64,000 nt of DNA from an uncultured Mycolicibacterium sp. (GCF_937941905.1 NZ_CALDGS010000063.1:6268-70267); one strand, 5' to 3'. Shown: positions 1-11,899, counted from the first letter of the stretch. The notes: generated from the sequence alone by a model not told the origin. Translations and numbers: made by a program.

Positions 1-467
1 GCCAGGAAGTCGTTGAGCGTGAACGCCCCGGTGCCCCAGGTGGACTGGGCGAAGTCGTGCGGGCCGACGATGACCACCGCGGCCCGGCAGGCCGGCGGGG
101 GATCGCGCAGCAGCGCCCACTGGACGTAGCCCAGATACGACATCCCGATGGTGGCGAAGGCCCCGGTGAACCAGGGCTGCCGGGTCAGCCACGCGGCGGT
201 GTCGGCGCCGTCGGCGGCCTCGTGCACCATCGGGGTGAACCGGCCGCCGGAGCCGAACGTGCCGCGCACGCTCTGGATCAGCACGTGGTAGCCGTGCGCG
301 GCCAGAAACGTCCCGAACAGCTGCGTGAACGGGAACCCCCGGCCGTACGGGGTGCGCACCAGCACGGTGCCCACCGGCCGGGCCGGCGCGTAGTGGTCGG
401 CCACCAGTTCGACGCCGTCGCGCATCGGCACCCGCAGGCCGCGCTCGACGGTGTAGCGGCACAGCAT
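1..467 (-). CDS. CocE/NonD family hydrolase (S15 peptidase-like), N-terminal part; gene continues beyond window start
   Basis: Minus-strand translation from the ATG at 467 gives MLCRYTVERGLRVPMRDGVELVADHYAPARPVGTVLVRTPYGRGFPF..., a typical CocE/NonD N-terminus. It has no stop inside the window, so it is absent from the ORF track. Confidence 0.7.
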   Translation of the reverse strand, partial: MLCRYTVERGLRVPMRDGVELVADHYAPARPVGTVLVRTPYGRGFPFTQLFGTFLAAHGYHVLIQSVRGTFGSGGRFTPMVHEAADGADTAAWLTRQPWFTGAFATIGMSYLGYVQWALLRDPPPACRAAVVIVGPHDFAQSTWGTGAFTLNDFL

Positions 468-481
468 GGCGGCCGGGTCGG

Positions 482-1054
482 TCAGAAGGTGTAGTAGGGC
501 GCCAGCTCGTGGGCGCGCTGCAGATTGGTCTGCATGCAGTCCACGTCCGGCTCGGAGTAGATCGGGGAGTAGAACAGTGACTGCTGGATCACCCCGTAGC
601 TGGTCTTGAACACGATCATGCAGGTGATCCACCACCGGTTGTTCCAGTCGGTGGGCTTCATCACCCAGAACTGGGCGGCCCGGTGGCCGTCGATGTCGAG
701 CTGCACCGCGTCCAGCGGCAGCGACTCCTCGTAGGTGCGCCACACGATCGGCTCCACCGCCAGCTGGTAGTTGCCGGCGTCGTAGTGGCAGCGCAACCCC
801 TCCTCGGGCATCGGCGGGGTGTACGCCAGCCCGAGCCGCTCGACGACGTCGAGCGGGATCTCCCGGCACGGCTCGAACGGCTTCGGGTCGACGGTCTCGA
901 CGACCGGCCACTTGATCGTGGTCGACACGTTGGTCAGCGGCAGCTCGTCGGCGCCGATCCGGGGCACCGTCGGCCCGGGTTCGCTGCACCACACCACGGC
1001 CACCGCCGCGAGCAGGGCACACAGTGCGGACAGCAGGCGCACCTTGGCGACCAT
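482..1054 (-). CDS. secreted lipoprotein (LppV-like by position)
   Basis: ORF 482..1147 trimmed to MVAKVRLLSALCALLAAVAVVWC (signal peptide plus lipobox Cys), with a GAGGGA SD upstream. It sits beside the Rv2795c-like gene, as lppV does. Confidence 0.7.
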   Translation of the reverse strand: MVAKVRLLSALCALLAAVAVVWCSEPGPTVPRIGADELPLTNVSTTIKWPVVETVDPKPFEPCREIPLDVVERLGLAYTPPMPEEGLRCHYDAGNYQLAVEPIVWRTYEESLPLDAVQLDIDGHRAAQFWVMKPTDWNNRWWITCMIVFKTSYGVIQQSLFYSPIYSEPDVDCMQTNLQRAHELAPYYTF

Positions 1055-1188
1055 CACGCTCCCTCGGTCTCCCAGCAGGTCGTTTCGGGGGAGTGTACAA
1101 GTCGGCACCCCCGCGCAGAACGGTAAACGAGAACACGTTCCAGTCACCGCCGGGGTGGCCGCAGCCCGCCCGGTTAGGCTGGACGGCT

Positions 1189-2157
1189 GTGGTGACCCAG
1201 GAACAGCCCGGTGCGCGCCGGCCCGTCCTGTGGGCGATCAGCGACCTGCACACCGGACACGTCGGCAACAAGCCGATCGCCGAGGCGCTGTACCCGTCCA
1301 CCCCGGACGACTGGCTGATCGTCGCCGGCGACGTCGCCGAGCGCACCGACGACATCCGCTGGACGCTGGACCTGCTGCGCAAGCGGTTCGCCAAGGTGAT
1401 CTGGGTGCCGGGCAACCACGAGCTGTGGACCACGCCGAAGGACCCGGTCCAGCTGTTCGGCCGGGCCCGCTACGAGTACCTGGTCGAGATGTGCGACCGG
1501 ATGGGCATCCTCACCCCGGAACACCCCTTCCCGGTGTGGACCGAGCAGGGCGGCCCGGCCGTGGTCGTGCCGATGTTCCTGCTCTACGACTACAGCTTCC
1601 TGCCGGCCGGGGCCACCACCAAGGCCGAGGGCCTGGCCGTCGCGCGCGAGGCCAACGTGGTGGCCACCGACGAGTTCCTGCTGTCGGCTGAGCCGTACGC
1701 CGGCCGCGACGCCTGGTGTGCCGAGCGGGTGGCCTACACCCGGCGCCGGCTGGAGGACCTCGACTGGATGATCCCCACCGTGCTGGTCAACCACTGGCCG
1801 CTGCTGCGCGAACCCTGCGACGCGCTGTTCTACCCGGAGTTCTCGTTGTGGTGCGGCACCACCGCGACCGCCGACTGGCACACCCGCTACAACGCCGTCT
1901 GCTCGGTCTACGGCCACCTGCACATCCCGCGCACCACCTGGTACGACGGGGTGCGCTTCGAGGAGGTGTCGGTGGGTTATCCGCGGGAGTGGCGCCGCCG
2001 CAAGCCCTACCGCTGGCTGCGCCAGGTGCTGCCCGACCCGCAGTACGCGCCCGGCTACCTCAACGAGTTCGGCGGCCACTTCGTCATCACCGAGGAGATG
2101 CGCGCCAACGCCCGCCGCATGCAGGAGCGCATCGCCGCCCGGAGGAACGCCCGGTGA
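1189..2157 (+). CDS. metallophosphoesterase (Rv2795c-like)
   Basis: ORF 1024..2157 trimmed to GTG 1189 (or 1192). Calcineurin-like motifs [21 protein letters not shown] and GHLH are present. The stop overlaps the pptT start. Confidence 0.85.
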   Translation: MVTQEQPGARRPVLWAISDLHTGHVGNKPIAEALYPSTPDDWLIVAGDVAERTDDIRWTLDLLRKRFAKVIWVPGNHELWTTPKDPVQLFGRARYEYLVEMCDRMGILTPEHPFPVWTEQGGPAVVVPMFLLYDYSFLPAGATTKAEGLAVAREANVVATDEFLLSAEPYAGRDAWCAERVAYTRRRLEDLDWMIPTVLVNHWPLLREPCDALFYPEFSLWCGTTATADWHTRYNAVCSVYGHLHIPRTTWYDGVRFEEVSVGYPREWRRRKPYRWLRQVLPDPQYAPGYLNEFGGHFVITEEMRANARRMQERIAARRNAR

Positions 2158-2822
2158 GCACCGCACCGCTGCTGTCCGGGCTGCTGCCGCCCGTCGTCGT
2201 CGCCGCCGAACTACGCAGCGACCCACCGGATCTCGCGCCGCTGCCGGAGGAGGAGCCGCTGATCGCCCGGTCGGTGGCCAAGCGCCGCAACGAGTTCCTC
2301 GGCGCCCGCTACTGCGCGCGGCGGGCGCTGGCCGAGCTCGGCCTGCCGCCGGTGCCGATCCTCAAGGGGGAGAAGGGCGAACCGTGCTGGCCGGACGGCA
2401 TCGTGGGCAGCCTGACCCACTGCGAGGGCTACCGCGGCGCGGCGGTGGCCCGGCGCACCGAGGTGCGCTCGGTCGGCATCGACGCCGAACCGCACGACGT
2501 GCTGCCCAACGGGGTGCTCGACGCGATCAGCCTGCCCGCCGAGCGCGCCGAGCTCGCCGCGCTGCCCGGCCGGCTGCACTGGGACCGGATCCTGTTCTGC
2601 GCCAAGGAGGCCACCTACAAGGCCTGGTTCCCGCTGACCCGGCGCTGGCTGGGCTTCGAGGACGCCCACATCACCTTCACCGTCGAGGCCGACGGCGCCA
2701 CCGGCGGCTTCGTCTCCCGCATCCTCATCGACCCGCAGGCCCTGTCCGGCCCGCCGCTGCACACCCTGACCGGGCGGTGGGCGGTCCGCGACGGGCTCGC
2801 CCTGACCGCGATCACGCTATGA
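2154..2822 (+). CDS. pptT: 4'-phosphopantetheinyl transferase PptT (Sfp-type)
   Basis: GTG 2154 overlaps the upstream stop (GTGA). Motifs GIDAEP and [11 protein letters not shown] are present, with high similarity to mycobacterial PptT. Confidence 0.9.
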   Translation: MSTAPLLSGLLPPVVVAAELRSDPPDLAPLPEEEPLIARSVAKRRNEFLGARYCARRALAELGLPPVPILKGEKGEPCWPDGIVGSLTHCEGYRGAAVARRTEVRSVGIDAEPHDVLPNGVLDAISLPAERAELAALPGRLHWDRILFCAKEATYKAWFPLTRRWLGFEDAHITFTVEADGATGGFVSRILIDPQALSGPPLHTLTGRWAVRDGLALTAITL

Positions 2823-3706
2823 CCACCACCCCACCCGCGGCCGGCCTGGTCGTCGTCGACAAACCGGCCGGCATGACCAGCCACGACGTCGTCGCCCGCT
2901 GCCGGCGCATCTTCGGCACCCGCAAGGTCGGCCACGCCGGCACCCTGGACCCGATGGCCACCGGCGTGCTCGTCATCGGCATCGAGCGGGCCACCAAGCT
3001 GCTCGGCCTGCTCACCGCCGCCGACAAGTCCTACACCGCCACCATCCGGCTGGGCCGGTCCACCACCACCGACGACGCCGAGGGCGAGCCGGTGTCGACC
3101 ACCCCGGCCGGGCACCTGACCGACGCGGCGATCGCCGCCGCCGTCGCCGACCTCACCGGCGACATCGAGCAGGTGCCGTCGGCGGTCAGCGCGGTCAAGA
3201 TCGACGGCAAACGGGCCTACCAACTGGTGCGCGAGGGCGCCGAGGTGCGGCTGGCGGCCCGGCCGGTGCGCATCGACCGGTTCGATGTGCTGGCCGTGCG
3301 CCGGGTGGGGGACTTCGTCGACGTCGACGTCGCGGTGGACTGCTCCACCGGCACCTACATCCGGGCGCTGGCCCGCGACCTCGGGACCGCCCTGAGGGTG
3401 GGCGGGCACCTGACCGCGCTGCGCCGCACCCGGGTGGGCCGCTTCGACCTGTCGCAGGCCCACACCCTCGACGAACTCGCCGAGCACCCACGGCTGTCCT
3501 ACCCCCTCGACGAGGCCTGCCTGCAGGGGTTCCCGCGCCGCGACCTGTCCGCCGCCGAGGCGGATGCCGCCCGGCACGGCCGGCCGCTGGCCGCCGCCGG
3601 GATCGCCGGCACCTACGCCGCGGTCGCCCCGGACGGGACGGTGATCGCGCTGCTGCGCGACGAGGGCGCGCGCACCAGGTCCGTGGTGGTGCTCAGACCG
3701 GCCTGA
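2819..3706 (+). CDS. truB: tRNA pseudouridine(55) synthase TruB
   Basis: ATG 2819 overlaps the pptT stop (ATGA). Motifs [15 protein letters not shown] and [14 protein letters not shown] are present. Confidence 0.95.
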   Translation: MTTTPPAAGLVVVDKPAGMTSHDVVARCRRIFGTRKVGHAGTLDPMATGVLVIGIERATKLLGLLTAADKSYTATIRLGRSTTTDDAEGEPVSTTPAGHLTDAAIAAAVADLTGDIEQVPSAVSAVKIDGKRAYQLVREGAEVRLAARPVRIDRFDVLAVRRVGDFVDVDVAVDCSTGTYIRALARDLGTALRVGGHLTALRRTRVGRFDLSQAHTLDELAEHPRLSYPLDEACLQGFPRRDLSAAEADAARHGRPLAAAGIAGTYAAVAPDGTVIALLRDEGARTRSVVVLRPA

Positions 3707-3718
3707 CCTCGGCCGGTC
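3696..3718. terminator. stem-loop between convergent truB and mntR (possible bidirectional terminator)
   Basis: GACCGGCC-(7 nt)-GGCCGGTC, a perfect 8-bp stem spanning both stop codons. No U-tract. Confidence 0.45.
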
Positions 3719-4409
3719 AGTCCACCACCCAGATGGCCTGCGCGGCCGGGCTGCCGAGGTCGATGGTCGTCGGGGCGCCGTCGGCGTCCTGCACCGCCAC
3801 CGACATCATCCCGGCGAAGTCGCGCCGGGCGACCACCCGCACCCGGGCGTCGAGCCGGATCCCCACGCTGTCGAACCAGCGCAGCATCTCCGGGTCGGCG
3901 TCGGAGATCCGCGCCACCGTGCCGGCGTCGCCCTCCGGGCAGGCCCACAGCTGCCGGGCCGGCGGGGTGGGCACCTTGCCGTCCGGGGCCGGGATCGGGT
4001 CGCCGTGCGGGTCCCGGGTCGGGTAGCCGAGCTTGGCGTCGATGCGGTCGAGCATCAGGTCGGACACGGCGTGCTCGAGGATCTCGGCCTCGTCGTGCAC
4101 CTCGTCCCAGCTGTAGCCGAGCTCCTGCACCAGGAACGTCTCCATCAGCCGGTGCCGGCGCACCATCGCCAGCGCGGCGCGCCGGCCCTCCTCGGTGAGC
4201 GTCACCGCGCCGTACTTCTCGTGATTGACCAGCCCCTGGTCGGCGAGCTTGCGGATGGACTCCGAGGCGGTGCTGGCCGACACCCCGATCCGCTCGGCGA
4301 GCAGCTTGGTGCTCACCTTCTCCAGCGACCACTCCTGGGCGGTCCAGATCACCTTCAGGTAGTCCTGGGCAACCGAGCTCAGATCGCGCGGGCTGCCGTT
4401 CGGACTCAC
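3717..4409 (-). CDS. mntR: DtxR-family manganese-dependent repressor (SirR/MntR, Rv2788-like)
   Basis: ORF 3717..4793 trimmed to GTG 4409 (230 aa). It has a DtxR HTH, metal-site helices and an SH3-like C-domain (VARISDADPEMLRWFDSVGIRLDARV). Confidence 0.88.
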   Translation of the reverse strand: MSPNGSPRDLSSVAQDYLKVIWTAQEWSLEKVSTKLLAERIGVSASTASESIRKLADQGLVNHEKYGAVTLTEEGRRAALAMVRRHRLMETFLVQELGYSWDEVHDEAEILEHAVSDLMLDRIDAKLGYPTRDPHGDPIPAPDGKVPTPPARQLWACPEGDAGTVARISDADPEMLRWFDSVGIRLDARVRVVARRDFAGMMSVAVQDADGAPTTIDLGSPAAQAIWVVD

Positions 4410-4488
4410 AACCCCAGAGTTTAGGCAAGATCGCCCCGAGCCGGGGGACTGGCGAATCCCGTGCCGGGTCGCGCCGTAGGCTTGGTCC

Positions 4489-5466
4489 GTGCAGCGCTGG
4501 CGTGGGCAAGAGGACATCCCCACGGACTGGGGCAGGTGTGTACTGACCATCGGGGTGTTCGACGGGGTGCACCGGGGCCACGTCGAACTCATCAACCACG
4601 CGGTCAAGGCCGGCCGGGCGCGCGGCGTGCCGACGGTGCTGATGACCTTCGACCCGCACCCGATGGAGGTCGTCTTCCCGGGCAACCACCCCGCGCAGCT
4701 GACCACCCTGGCCCGGCGCGCCGAACTCGTCGAGGAGCTCGGCATCGACGTCTTCCTGGTGATGCCGTTCACCGCCGACTTCATGAACTTCACCCCGGAG
4801 CGCTACATCCACGAGCTGCTCGTGGAGCGGCTGCACGTCGTCGAGGTGGTGGTGGGGGAGAACTTCACCTTCGGCCGCAACGCCGCCGGCAACGTCGAGC
4901 TGCTGCGCGCGGCCGGGGAGCGGTTCGGGTTCCACGTCGAGGCGATGGCGCTGGTCTCCGACGCCGCCCGCGGCGACGCGGTGACCTTCTCGTCGACCTA
5001 CATCCGGGCCTGCGTGGACGCCGGTGACGTGGTCGCCGCCGCCGAGGCGCTGGGCCGGCCGCACCGGGTCGAGGGTGTGGTGGTGCGCGGCGACGGCCGC
5101 GGCCGCGGGCTGGGCTTCCCGACCGCCAACGTCGCCCCGCCGATGTACTCGGCCATCCCCGCCGACGGGGTCTACGCCGCCTGGTTCACCGTGCTCGGCC
5201 ACGGTCCCGCCACCGGCGAGGTGGTGCCGGGCCGGCGCTACATGGCCGCGGTGTCGATCGGCACCAACCCGACCTTCTCCGGGCGCACCCGCACCGTGGA
5301 GGCCTACGTCCTCGACACCTCGGCCGACCTGTACGGCCAGCACGTCGCGGTCGACTTCGTCGCCCGCATCCGCGGCATGCGCAAGTTCGACGAGGTCTCC
5401 GAGCTCGTCGAGGCGATGGGCGAGGACGTCGAGCAGGCCCGCGCGATTCTGGCCGCCGCCGAGTAG
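4489..5466 (+). CDS. ribF: bifunctional riboflavin kinase / FMN adenylyltransferase
   Basis: GTG start. [31 protein letters not shown] matches the mycobacterial RibF N-terminus. Confidence 0.95.
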   Translation: MQRWRGQEDIPTDWGRCVLTIGVFDGVHRGHVELINHAVKAGRARGVPTVLMTFDPHPMEVVFPGNHPAQLTTLARRAELVEELGIDVFLVMPFTADFMNFTPERYIHELLVERLHVVEVVVGENFTFGRNAAGNVELLRAAGERFGFHVEAMALVSDAARGDAVTFSSTYIRACVDAGDVVAAAEALGRPHRVEGVVVRGDGRGRGLGFPTANVAPPMYSAIPADGVYAAWFTVLGHGPATGEVVPGRRYMAAVSIGTNPTFSGRTRTVEAYVLDTSADLYGQHVAVDFVARIRGMRKFDEVSELVEAMGEDVEQARAILAAAE

Positions 5467-5560
5467 CTGTTACACTCGCACGCTGTTGTGGCGCGTGCTG
5501 TGGTTCGCGGCGGCCGCGCCACCTGATTGTCATTCGCGGACCGATCGATGGAGTGATTCC

Positions 5561-5830
5561 GTGGCACTGACTGCCGAACAGAAGAAGGAAATCCTGCGCC
5601 AATACGGCCTGCACGAGACCGACACCGGCTCGCCGGAGGCCCAGGTCGCCCTGCTGACCAAGCGCATCGCCGACCTCACCGAGCACCTGAAGGTGCACAA
5701 GCACGACCACCACTCGCGGCGTGGTCTGCTGCTGCTGGTGGGCCGGCGGCGTCGGCTGCTGAAGTACCTGGCGCGCATCGACGTCGAGCGCTACCGCTCG
5801 CTCATCGAGCGGCTCGGCCTGCGTCGCTGA
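5561..5830 (+). CDS. rpsO: 30S ribosomal protein S15
   Basis: 89 aa, GTG 5561 preceded by [19 protein letters not shown]...[12 protein letters not shown] matches S15. Confidence 0.96.
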   Translation: MALTAEQKKEILRQYGLHETDTGSPEAQVALLTKRIADLTEHLKVHKHDHHSRRGLLLLVGRRRRLLKYLARIDVERYRSLIERLGLRR

Positions 5831-5844
5831 GACATGCACCGGAG

Positions 5845-5886
5845 CCCGGGCCGGGGGACTGGGACACTCCAGTCACCCGGTCCGGG
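5845..5886 (+). terminator. extended hairpin just after rpsO (terminator/attenuator or RNase III target at the head of the pnp leader)
   Basis: CCCGGGCCGG pairs with CCGGTCCGGG (one G-U), and an inner stem GACTGG/CCAGTC gives about 16-17 bp in total. A weak AUUC follows. Confidence 0.5.
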
Positions 5887-6175
5887 ATTCGGTGTGCCGA
5901 TCGCCGTGTAGCATGAGGTTTGTCTGCCCCGCCAGTCGGTGCGGACATCTGGGTGCGGTACCCGCAACACCGCGGGCACCGTTCCTGCGTGTCATGACAG
6001 GCCCGCCTGATGATCGGTCGGTCTTCGGTAGTGGCTGCCGGGGCATTCGTGTTCCGGCCGCTTCGATCGACGGCCGTCGCCGTTCCAGGCTGAGGTTCAG
6101 CGCTCCTGGCGGGAGCCGCTCCGTTGCCCTCGTGACGACGCGAAACAGGCGAACACCGAACCAAGAGAGACACCT

Positions 6176-8464
6176 ATGCCTGTAGTTGAGATCGAAGACG
6201 GCGTCTACGAATCCACCGCCGTGATCGACAACGGGAGCTACGGCACCCGGACCATCCGTTTCGAGACCGGGCGACTCGCCCAGCAGGCCGCCGGCTCGGC
6301 CGTGGCCTACCTCGACGACGAGACCATGCTGCTGAGCGCGACCACCGCCAGCAAGACCCCCAAGGACCACTTCGACTTCTTCCCGCTCACCGTGGACGTG
6401 GAGGAGCGGATGTACGCCGCCGGGCGCATCCCCGGCTCCTTCTTCCGGCGCGAGGGCCGGCCGTCCACCGACGCGATCCTGACCTGCCGGCTCATCGACC
6501 GGCCGCTGCGGCCGTCCTTCGCCGACGGCCTGCGCAACGAGATCCAGATCGTCGTCACGGTGCTCAGCCTCGACCCCGAAGAGCTCTACGACGTGCTGGC
6601 CATCAACGCCGCCTCGGCGTCGACCCAGCTGGCCGGACTGCCGTTCTCGGGCCCGATCGGCGGGGTGCGGGTCGCCCTGCTGGACGGCACCTGGGTGGCG
6701 TTCCCGACCGTCGAGCAGCGCGAGCGCTCCACCTTCGACATGGTCGTCGCCGGCCGGGTGCTCGACAGCGGTGACGTCGCGATCATGATGGTCGAGGCCG
6801 AGGCCACCGAGAACGCCATCGAGCTGATCAACAACGGTGCGCAGGCGCCGACCGAGGACGTGGTGGCCGAGGGCCTGGAGGCGGCCAAGCCGTTCATCAA
6901 GGTGCTCTGCGCGGCCCAGCAGGAGCTGGCCGAGCGGGCCGCCAAGCCGGTGGCCGACTACCCGCTGTTCCCGGACTACACCGACGACGTGTACTACGCC
7001 GTCGCCGCGGTGGCCACCGACGCGCTGTCGGAGGCGCTGACCATCCCCGGCAAGACCGAGCGCAACGAGCGCACCGACGAGATCAAGCTCGAGGTGCTCG
7101 AGCGGCTCGGCGAGCAGTTCGCCGGCCGCGAGAAGGAGATCGGCGCGGCGTTCCGGGCGCTGACCAAGAAGCTGGTGCGCCAGCGCATCCTGACCGAGCA
7201 CTACCGCATCGACGGCCGCGGCATCACCGACATCCGCGAGCTGTCCGCCGAGGTCGCGGTGGTGCCGCGGGCGCACGGCAGCGCGCTGTTCGAGCGCGGT
7301 GAGACCCAGATCCTGGGCGTGACGACGCTGGACATGATGAAGATGAGCCAGCAGATCGACTCGCTGGGGCCGGAGACCACCAAGCGCTACATGCACCACT
7401 ACAACTTCCCGCCGTACTCGACCGGTGAGACCGGCCGGGTGGGCGCGCCCAAGCGCCGCGAGATCGGCCACGGCGCGCTGGCCGAGCGGGCGCTCATCCC
7501 GGTGCTGCCCAGTGTCGAGGAGTTCCCCTACGCCATCCGGCAGGTGTCCGAGGCGCTCGGCTCCAACGGGTCGACCTCGATGGGTTCGGTGTGCGCCTCG
7601 ACCCTGGCGCTGCTGAACGCCGGTGTGCCGCTGAAGGCCCCGGTGGCCGGCATCGCCATGGGCCTGGTCTCCGACGAGGTCGAGGTCGAGCAGCCGGACG
7701 GCACCAGGACCACCGAGCGCCGCTACGTCGCGCTCACCGACATCCTCGGCGCCGAGGACGCGTTCGGCGACATGGACTTCAAGGTCGCCGGCACCCGCGA
7801 GTTCGTCACCGCGCTGCAGCTCGACACCAAGCTCGACGGCATCCCGTCGCAGGTGCTCGCCGGCGCGCTGCAGCAGGCCAAGGACGCCCGCCTGACCATC
7901 CTCGACGTGATGGCCGAGGCGATCAGCGAGCCCGACGAGATGAGCCCGTACGCCCCGCGGATCACCACCATCAAGGTGCCGGTCGACAAGATCGGCGAGG
8001 TGATCGGCCCGAAGGGCAAGGTGATCAACCAGATCACCGAGGAGACCGGCGCGGAGATCTCCATCGAGGACGACGGCACCGTGTTCATCGGGGCCACCGA
8101 CGGGCCGAGCGCGCAGGCCGCGATCGACCGGATCAACGCCATCGCCAACCCGCAGATGCCCAAGGTCGGCGAGCGCTACCTGGGCACCGTGGTCAAGTGC
8201 ACCGACTTCGGCGCGTTCATCTCGCTGCTGCCGGGCCGCGACGGGCTGCTGCACATCTCCAAGCTGGCCAAGGGCCGCAAGCGCGTCGCCAAGGTCGAGG
8301 ACGTGGTGAGCGTCGGCCAGAAGCTGCGGGTGGAGATCGCCGACATCGACAACCGCGGCAAGATCTCGCTGGTGCTGGTCGACGAGGAACCCGCCCAGGG
8401 CGACCCCGCCAAGGGTGACGACACCTCGGCCGAGCCCGCCGATGCCGCCAAGGCGGGCAGCTAA
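6176..8464 (+). CDS. pnp: polyribonucleotide nucleotidyltransferase (PNPase / GpsI)
   Basis: 762 aa with two RNase PH domains, KH and S1 ([26 protein letters not shown]). Near-identical to mycobacterial GpsI. Confidence 0.97.
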   Translation: MPVVEIEDGVYESTAVIDNGSYGTRTIRFETGRLAQQAAGSAVAYLDDETMLLSATTASKTPKDHFDFFPLTVDVEERMYAAGRIPGSFFRREGRPSTDAILTCRLIDRPLRPSFADGLRNEIQIVVTVLSLDPEELYDVLAINAASASTQLAGLPFSGPIGGVRVALLDGTWVAFPTVEQRERSTFDMVVAGRVLDSGDVAIMMVEAEATENAIELINNGAQAPTEDVVAEGLEAAKPFIKVLCAAQQELAERAAKPVADYPLFPDYTDDVYYAVAAVATDALSEALTIPGKTERNERTDEIKLEVLERLGEQFAGREKEIGAAFRALTKKLVRQRILTEHYRIDGRGITDIRELSAEVAVVPRAHGSALFERGETQILGVTTLDMMKMSQQIDSLGPETTKRYMHHYNFPPYSTGETGRVGAPKRREIGHGALAERALIPVLPSVEEFPYAIRQVSEALGSNGSTSMGSVCASTLALLNAGVPLKAPVAGIAMGLVSDEVEVEQPDGTRTTERRYVALTDILGAEDAFGDMDFKVAGTREFVTALQLDTKLDGIPSQVLAGALQQAKDARLTILDVMAEAISEPDEMSPYAPRITTIKVPVDKIGEVIGPKGKVINQITEETGAEISIEDDGTVFIGATDGPSAQAAIDRINAIANPQMPKVGERYLGTVVKCTDFGAFISLLPGRDGLLHISKLAKGRKRVAKVEDVVSVGQKLRVEIADIDNRGKISLVLVDEEPAQGDPAKGDDTSAEPADAAKAGS

Positions 8465-9794
8465 CACGACCGCGCGGCTGCGGGCCGGCCGGGTCGTCAC
8501 GACCGAGGACGGCTCGACGCTGCGCCGCAGTGTGCTGCCCGGCGGGGTACGGGTGGTCACCGAGCACATCCCCTCGGTGCACTCCGCCTCGGTCGGGGTG
8601 TGGGTGGGGGTCGGCTCCCGGGACGAGGGGCCGACCGTCGCCGGTGCCGCGCACTTCCTCGAGCACCTGCTGTTCAAGGGCACCCCGTCGCGCAGCGCGG
8701 TCGACATCGCCGAGGCGGTCGACGCCGTCGGCGGGGAGCTGAACGCCTTCACCGCGCGCGAGCACACCTGCTACTACGCGCACGTGCTCGGTGACGATCT
8801 GGAGCTGGCCGTCGACATCGTCGCCGACGTGGTGCTCAACGGCAGCTGCGCGGCCGACGACGTCGAACTCGAGCGCGACGTGGTGCTCGAGGAGATCGCC
8901 ATGCGCGACGACGATCCCGAGGACTGCCTGGGCGACCTGTTCCTGTCGGCCATGTACGGCGACCACCCGCTGGGCCGGCCGGTGATCGGCACCGTGCAGA
9001 CCGTCTCGGCGATGACCCGCGACCAGCTGCACTCGTTCCACGTCCGGCGCTACCGGCCGGAGCGGATGGTGGTGGCGGTGGCCGGCAACGTCGACCACGC
9101 CGAGGTGGTCCGGCTGGTGCGCCGCTACTTCGGGCCGCGGCTGCACCGCGGTCTGGACCCGGTGCCGCCGCGGCGCGGCGCGGCCCGGGTGCCCGGCCGG
9201 CCCGGGCTGCGGCTGGTCAGCCGCGACGCCGAGCAGACCCACCTGTCGCTGGGGGTGCGCACCCCGGGCCGGTACTGGGAGCACCGCTGGGCGCTGTCGG
9301 TGCTCAACCACGCGCTCGGCGGCGGGTTGAGCTCGCGGCTGTTCCAGGAGATCCGGGAGCGGCGCGGGCTGGCCTACTCGGTCTACTCGGTGGTCGACAC
9401 GTTCGCCGACTGCGGTGCGCTGTCGATGTACGCCGCCTGCCAGCCGGAGCGGTTCGACGAGGTGGTCACCGTGGCCACCGACGTGCTCGCCCAGGTGGCC
9501 CGCGACGGCATCTCCGCCGAGGAGTGCCGCATCGCCAAGGGCTCGCTGCGCGGCGGGCTGGTGCTCGGCCTGGAGGACTCCGCCTCCCGGATGCACCGCA
9601 TCGGCCGCAACGAACTCAACTACGGTGAGCACCGCAGCATCGCCGAGACCCTGGCCCGCATCGACGCGGTCACGGTCGAGGAGGTCAACGCGGTGGCCCG
9701 GCGGCTGCTGACCCGCCCGTTCGGGGCGGCGGTGGTGGGGCCGCACCGCACCCGCCGGTCGCTGCCCCGCAGACTGCGCGACCTGACCGGCTGA
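8442..9794 (+). CDS. pepR: M16 family zinc protease PepR
   Basis: [10 protein letters not shown] (HxxEH) is present. Start ATG 8442 is chosen by analogy to Rv2782c (MPRR...). It overlaps pnp by 23 nt. Confidence 0.9.
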   Translation: MPPRRAANTTARLRAGRVVTTEDGSTLRRSVLPGGVRVVTEHIPSVHSASVGVWVGVGSRDEGPTVAGAAHFLEHLLFKGTPSRSAVDIAEAVDAVGGELNAFTAREHTCYYAHVLGDDLELAVDIVADVVLNGSCAADDVELERDVVLEEIAMRDDDPEDCLGDLFLSAMYGDHPLGRPVIGTVQTVSAMTRDQLHSFHVRRYRPERMVVAVAGNVDHAEVVRLVRRYFGPRLHRGLDPVPPRRGAARVPGRPGLRLVSRDAEQTHLSLGVRTPGRYWEHRWALSVLNHALGGGLSSRLFQEIRERRGLAYSVYSVVDTFADCGALSMYAACQPERFDEVVTVATDVLAQVARDGISAEECRIAKGSLRGGLVLGLEDSASRMHRIGRNELNYGEHRSIAETLARIDAVTVEEVNAVARRLLTRPFGAAVVGPHRTRRSLPRRLRDLTG

Positions 9795-9815
9795 TCCGGC
9801 GGTACGGTCGGGCAC

Positions 9816-10715
9816 ATGGCCCCAACCACCACCGGAACCCTCACCCGTCGCAGCGTGCTGTCCGGGGCGCTGGCCGCGCTCGCCGTCGTCGTGACCGCCC
9901 GCCCGGCGCCCGCCCAACCGGCCCCGCCGCTGCCGGACCGGCTGGCCGGGCTCGAACGGCGCGACAACCGGATCATCGGGCTGTCGGCGACCGACCTGGT
10001 CACCGGCCGCACCGTCACCCACCGCGCCGACGAGTCGTTCGCGATGTGCTCGACGTTCAAGACCTACCTGGCCGGTGCGGTGCTGCAGCGGGTGCAGCAC
10101 GGCGAACTCGGGCTCGACGAGCAGTTGCCGGTCACCCCGGCGGCGATCACCGTCAACTCACCGCGCACCGAACCGCACGCCGGTGGCCGGATGCGGGTGG
10201 CCGACCTGTGCGCGGCCGCGCTGCAGGTCAGCGACAACGGTGCGGCCAACGTCCTGCTGGCCGCCCTGGGCGGGCCGGCGGCGGTCACCGCGTTCGCCCG
10301 CTCCATCGGCGACGAGCGCACCCGGCTGGACCGGTGGGAGCCGCAGCTCAACGCCGCCGTCCCGGGCGACCCGCGCGACACCAGCACCCCGGCCGCGCTC
10401 GCCGCCGGCTACCGGCGCCTGCTGGAGGGCGACGCGCTGGCCCCGGCACAGCGCGACCGGCTGCGCGACTGGATGCTGGCCAACGAGACCTCGGCGCTGC
10501 GCGCCGGCCTGCCGGCCGGGTGGACCAGCGCCGACAAGACCGGCTCCGGCGACTACGGCACCACCAACGACGTCGGCATCGCCTACGGGCCGGCCGGGCA
10601 GCGGGTGCTGCTGTCGATCATGACCCGCTCGGCCGCCGACGACGAGCAGGCGGCCAACCTGCGCCCGCTGATCGGTGAGGTCACCGGCGCGGTGCTGGCC
10701 GCACTGGCCGGCTAG
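9816..10715 (+). CDS. bla: class A beta-lactamase, Tat-exported
   Basis: Twin-arginine signal [17 protein letters not shown]. Class A motifs STFK, SDN, EPQLN and KTG are present. Confidence 0.92.
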   Translation: MAPTTTGTLTRRSVLSGALAALAVVVTARPAPAQPAPPLPDRLAGLERRDNRIIGLSATDLVTGRTVTHRADESFAMCSTFKTYLAGAVLQRVQHGELGLDEQLPVTPAAITVNSPRTEPHAGGRMRVADLCAAALQVSDNGAANVLLAALGGPAAVTAFARSIGDERTRLDRWEPQLNAAVPGDPRDTSTPAALAAGYRRLLEGDALAPAQRDRLRDWMLANETSALRAGLPAGWTSADKTGSGDYGTTNDVGIAYGPAGQRVLLSIMTRSAADDEQAANLRPLIGEVTGAVLAALAG

Positions 10716-10718
10716 GGC

Positions 10719-11834
10719 TCAGGCCAGCAGGCCGGCCGGGTCGGTGTAGTCGAGCTCGAGGTCGTCGGCGACCTCGCGGCTCAGCAGCGCCCCGTCGTGG
10801 GTGGACAGGCCGCGGGCCAGCGCCGGGTCGGCCGTGCAGGCGTCGCGCCAGCCCAGGTCGGCCAGCTTGAGCACGTACGGCAGGGTGGCGTTGGTGAGCG
10901 CGAAGGTCGAGGTGCGCGGCACCGCGCCGGGCATGTTCGCCACGCAGTAGAACACCGTGTCGTGCACGGTGAAGGTGGGGTCGTCGTGCGTGGTGGGCCG
11001 CGAGTCCTCGAAGCAGCCGCCCTGGTCGATGGCGATGTCGACGAGCACCGCGCCGGACCGCATGTGCGCCACGGTCTCGTTGGTGACCAGCTTGGGCGCC
11101 TTGCGGCCGGGCACCAGCACCGCGCCGATCACCAGGTCGGCCCGCTCGACGGCCTCGCGCAGCGCCAGCGACGACGAGTGCCGGGTGGCGATCCGGCCGC
11201 CGAACTCGGCGTCGAGCTCGCGCAGCTTGTTGATGCTGATGTCGAACACGGTGACCTGCGCGCCCATCCCGGCGGCCACCCGGGCGGCGTTGTAGCCGGC
11301 GGTGCCGCCGCCGATGACGACGACCTCGGCCGGTGCCACACCGGGCACCCCGCCCATCAGCACGCCGCGGCCGCCCTGGGTGCGCATCAGCTGGTAGGCG
11401 CCCACCTGGGCGGCCAACCGGCCGGCCACCTCGCTCATCGGGGCCAGCAGCGGCAGCGCGCCGTCGGCGGTCTGCACCGTCTCGTAGGCGATCGAGGTGG
11501 TGCCGGAGGTCAGCAGCGCCTCGGTGCAGGGCTTGGACGCCGCGAGGTGCAGGTAGGTGAACAGGGTCTGGCCCCTGCGCATCAGCCCGTACTCGGGCTC
11601 GATCGGCTCCTTGACCTTCAGCAGCAGGTCGGCCTCGGCCCACACCTGCTCGGCGGTCGGCACGAGCTGGGCGCCGGCGGCCTTGTAGTCGGCATCGGTG
11701 ATGGCCGACCCGGCACCGGCACCGGCCTGGACGAGCACCTCGTGGCCGCGGGCCACGAGCTCGGCCACCCCGGCCGGGGTGATCGCGACGCGGTACTCGT
11801 GGTTCTTGATCTCGGTCGGGACACCGACTCGCAT
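10719..11834 (-). CDS. ald: L-alanine dehydrogenase
   Basis: ORF trimmed to [23 protein letters not shown] (371 aa) with a GAGGAG SD. Near-identical to mycobacterial Ald. Confidence 0.96.
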   Translation of the reverse strand: MRVGVPTEIKNHEYRVAITPAGVAELVARGHEVLVQAGAGAGSAITDADYKAAGAQLVPTAEQVWAEADLLLKVKEPIEPEYGLMRRGQTLFTYLHLAASKPCTEALLTSGTTSIAYETVQTADGALPLLAPMSEVAGRLAAQVGAYQLMRTQGGRGVLMGGVPGVAPAEVVVIGGGTAGYNAARVAAGMGAQVTVFDISINKLRELDAEFGGRIATRHSSSLALREAVERADLVIGAVLVPGRKAPKLVTNETVAHMRSGAVLVDIAIDQGGCFEDSRPTTHDDPTFTVHDTVFYCVANMPGAVPRTSTFALTNATLPYVLKLADLGWRDACTADPALARGLSTHDGALLSREVADDLELDYTDPAGLLA

Positions 11835-11899
11835 GTTCGCTCCTCGTTCGGACAAGTCGTGTCTCGAGTGTGAAGAAACGTCGAAATTCGCGCAAGAAC

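Noticed and set aside
4421-4435. TTAGGCAAGATCGCC in the mntR/ribF divergent region, and GGTTAGGCTGG at 1172-1183, considered as IdeR/MntR iron-box-like sites
   Set aside because: Only one half-site resembles TTAGGTTAGGCTAACCTAA. There is no dyad partner, so neither can be distinguished from chance without a matrix scan.
5892-6185. 97-aa ORF in the rpsO-pnp spacer, considered as a possible LppU equivalent
   Set aside because: It has no signal peptide or lipobox. It is Arg/Ser/Pro-rich and overlaps the pnp start. The spacer is better explained as a non-coding leader.
5873-8767. 964-aa ORF antisense to pnp and pepR
   Set aside because: It lies exactly opposite a near-perfectly conserved PNPase gene. 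Its translation is Arg/Gly/Ala/Pro-rich low complexity with no recognisable motifs. This is the typical stop-codon-poor antisense frame of a GC-rich genome.
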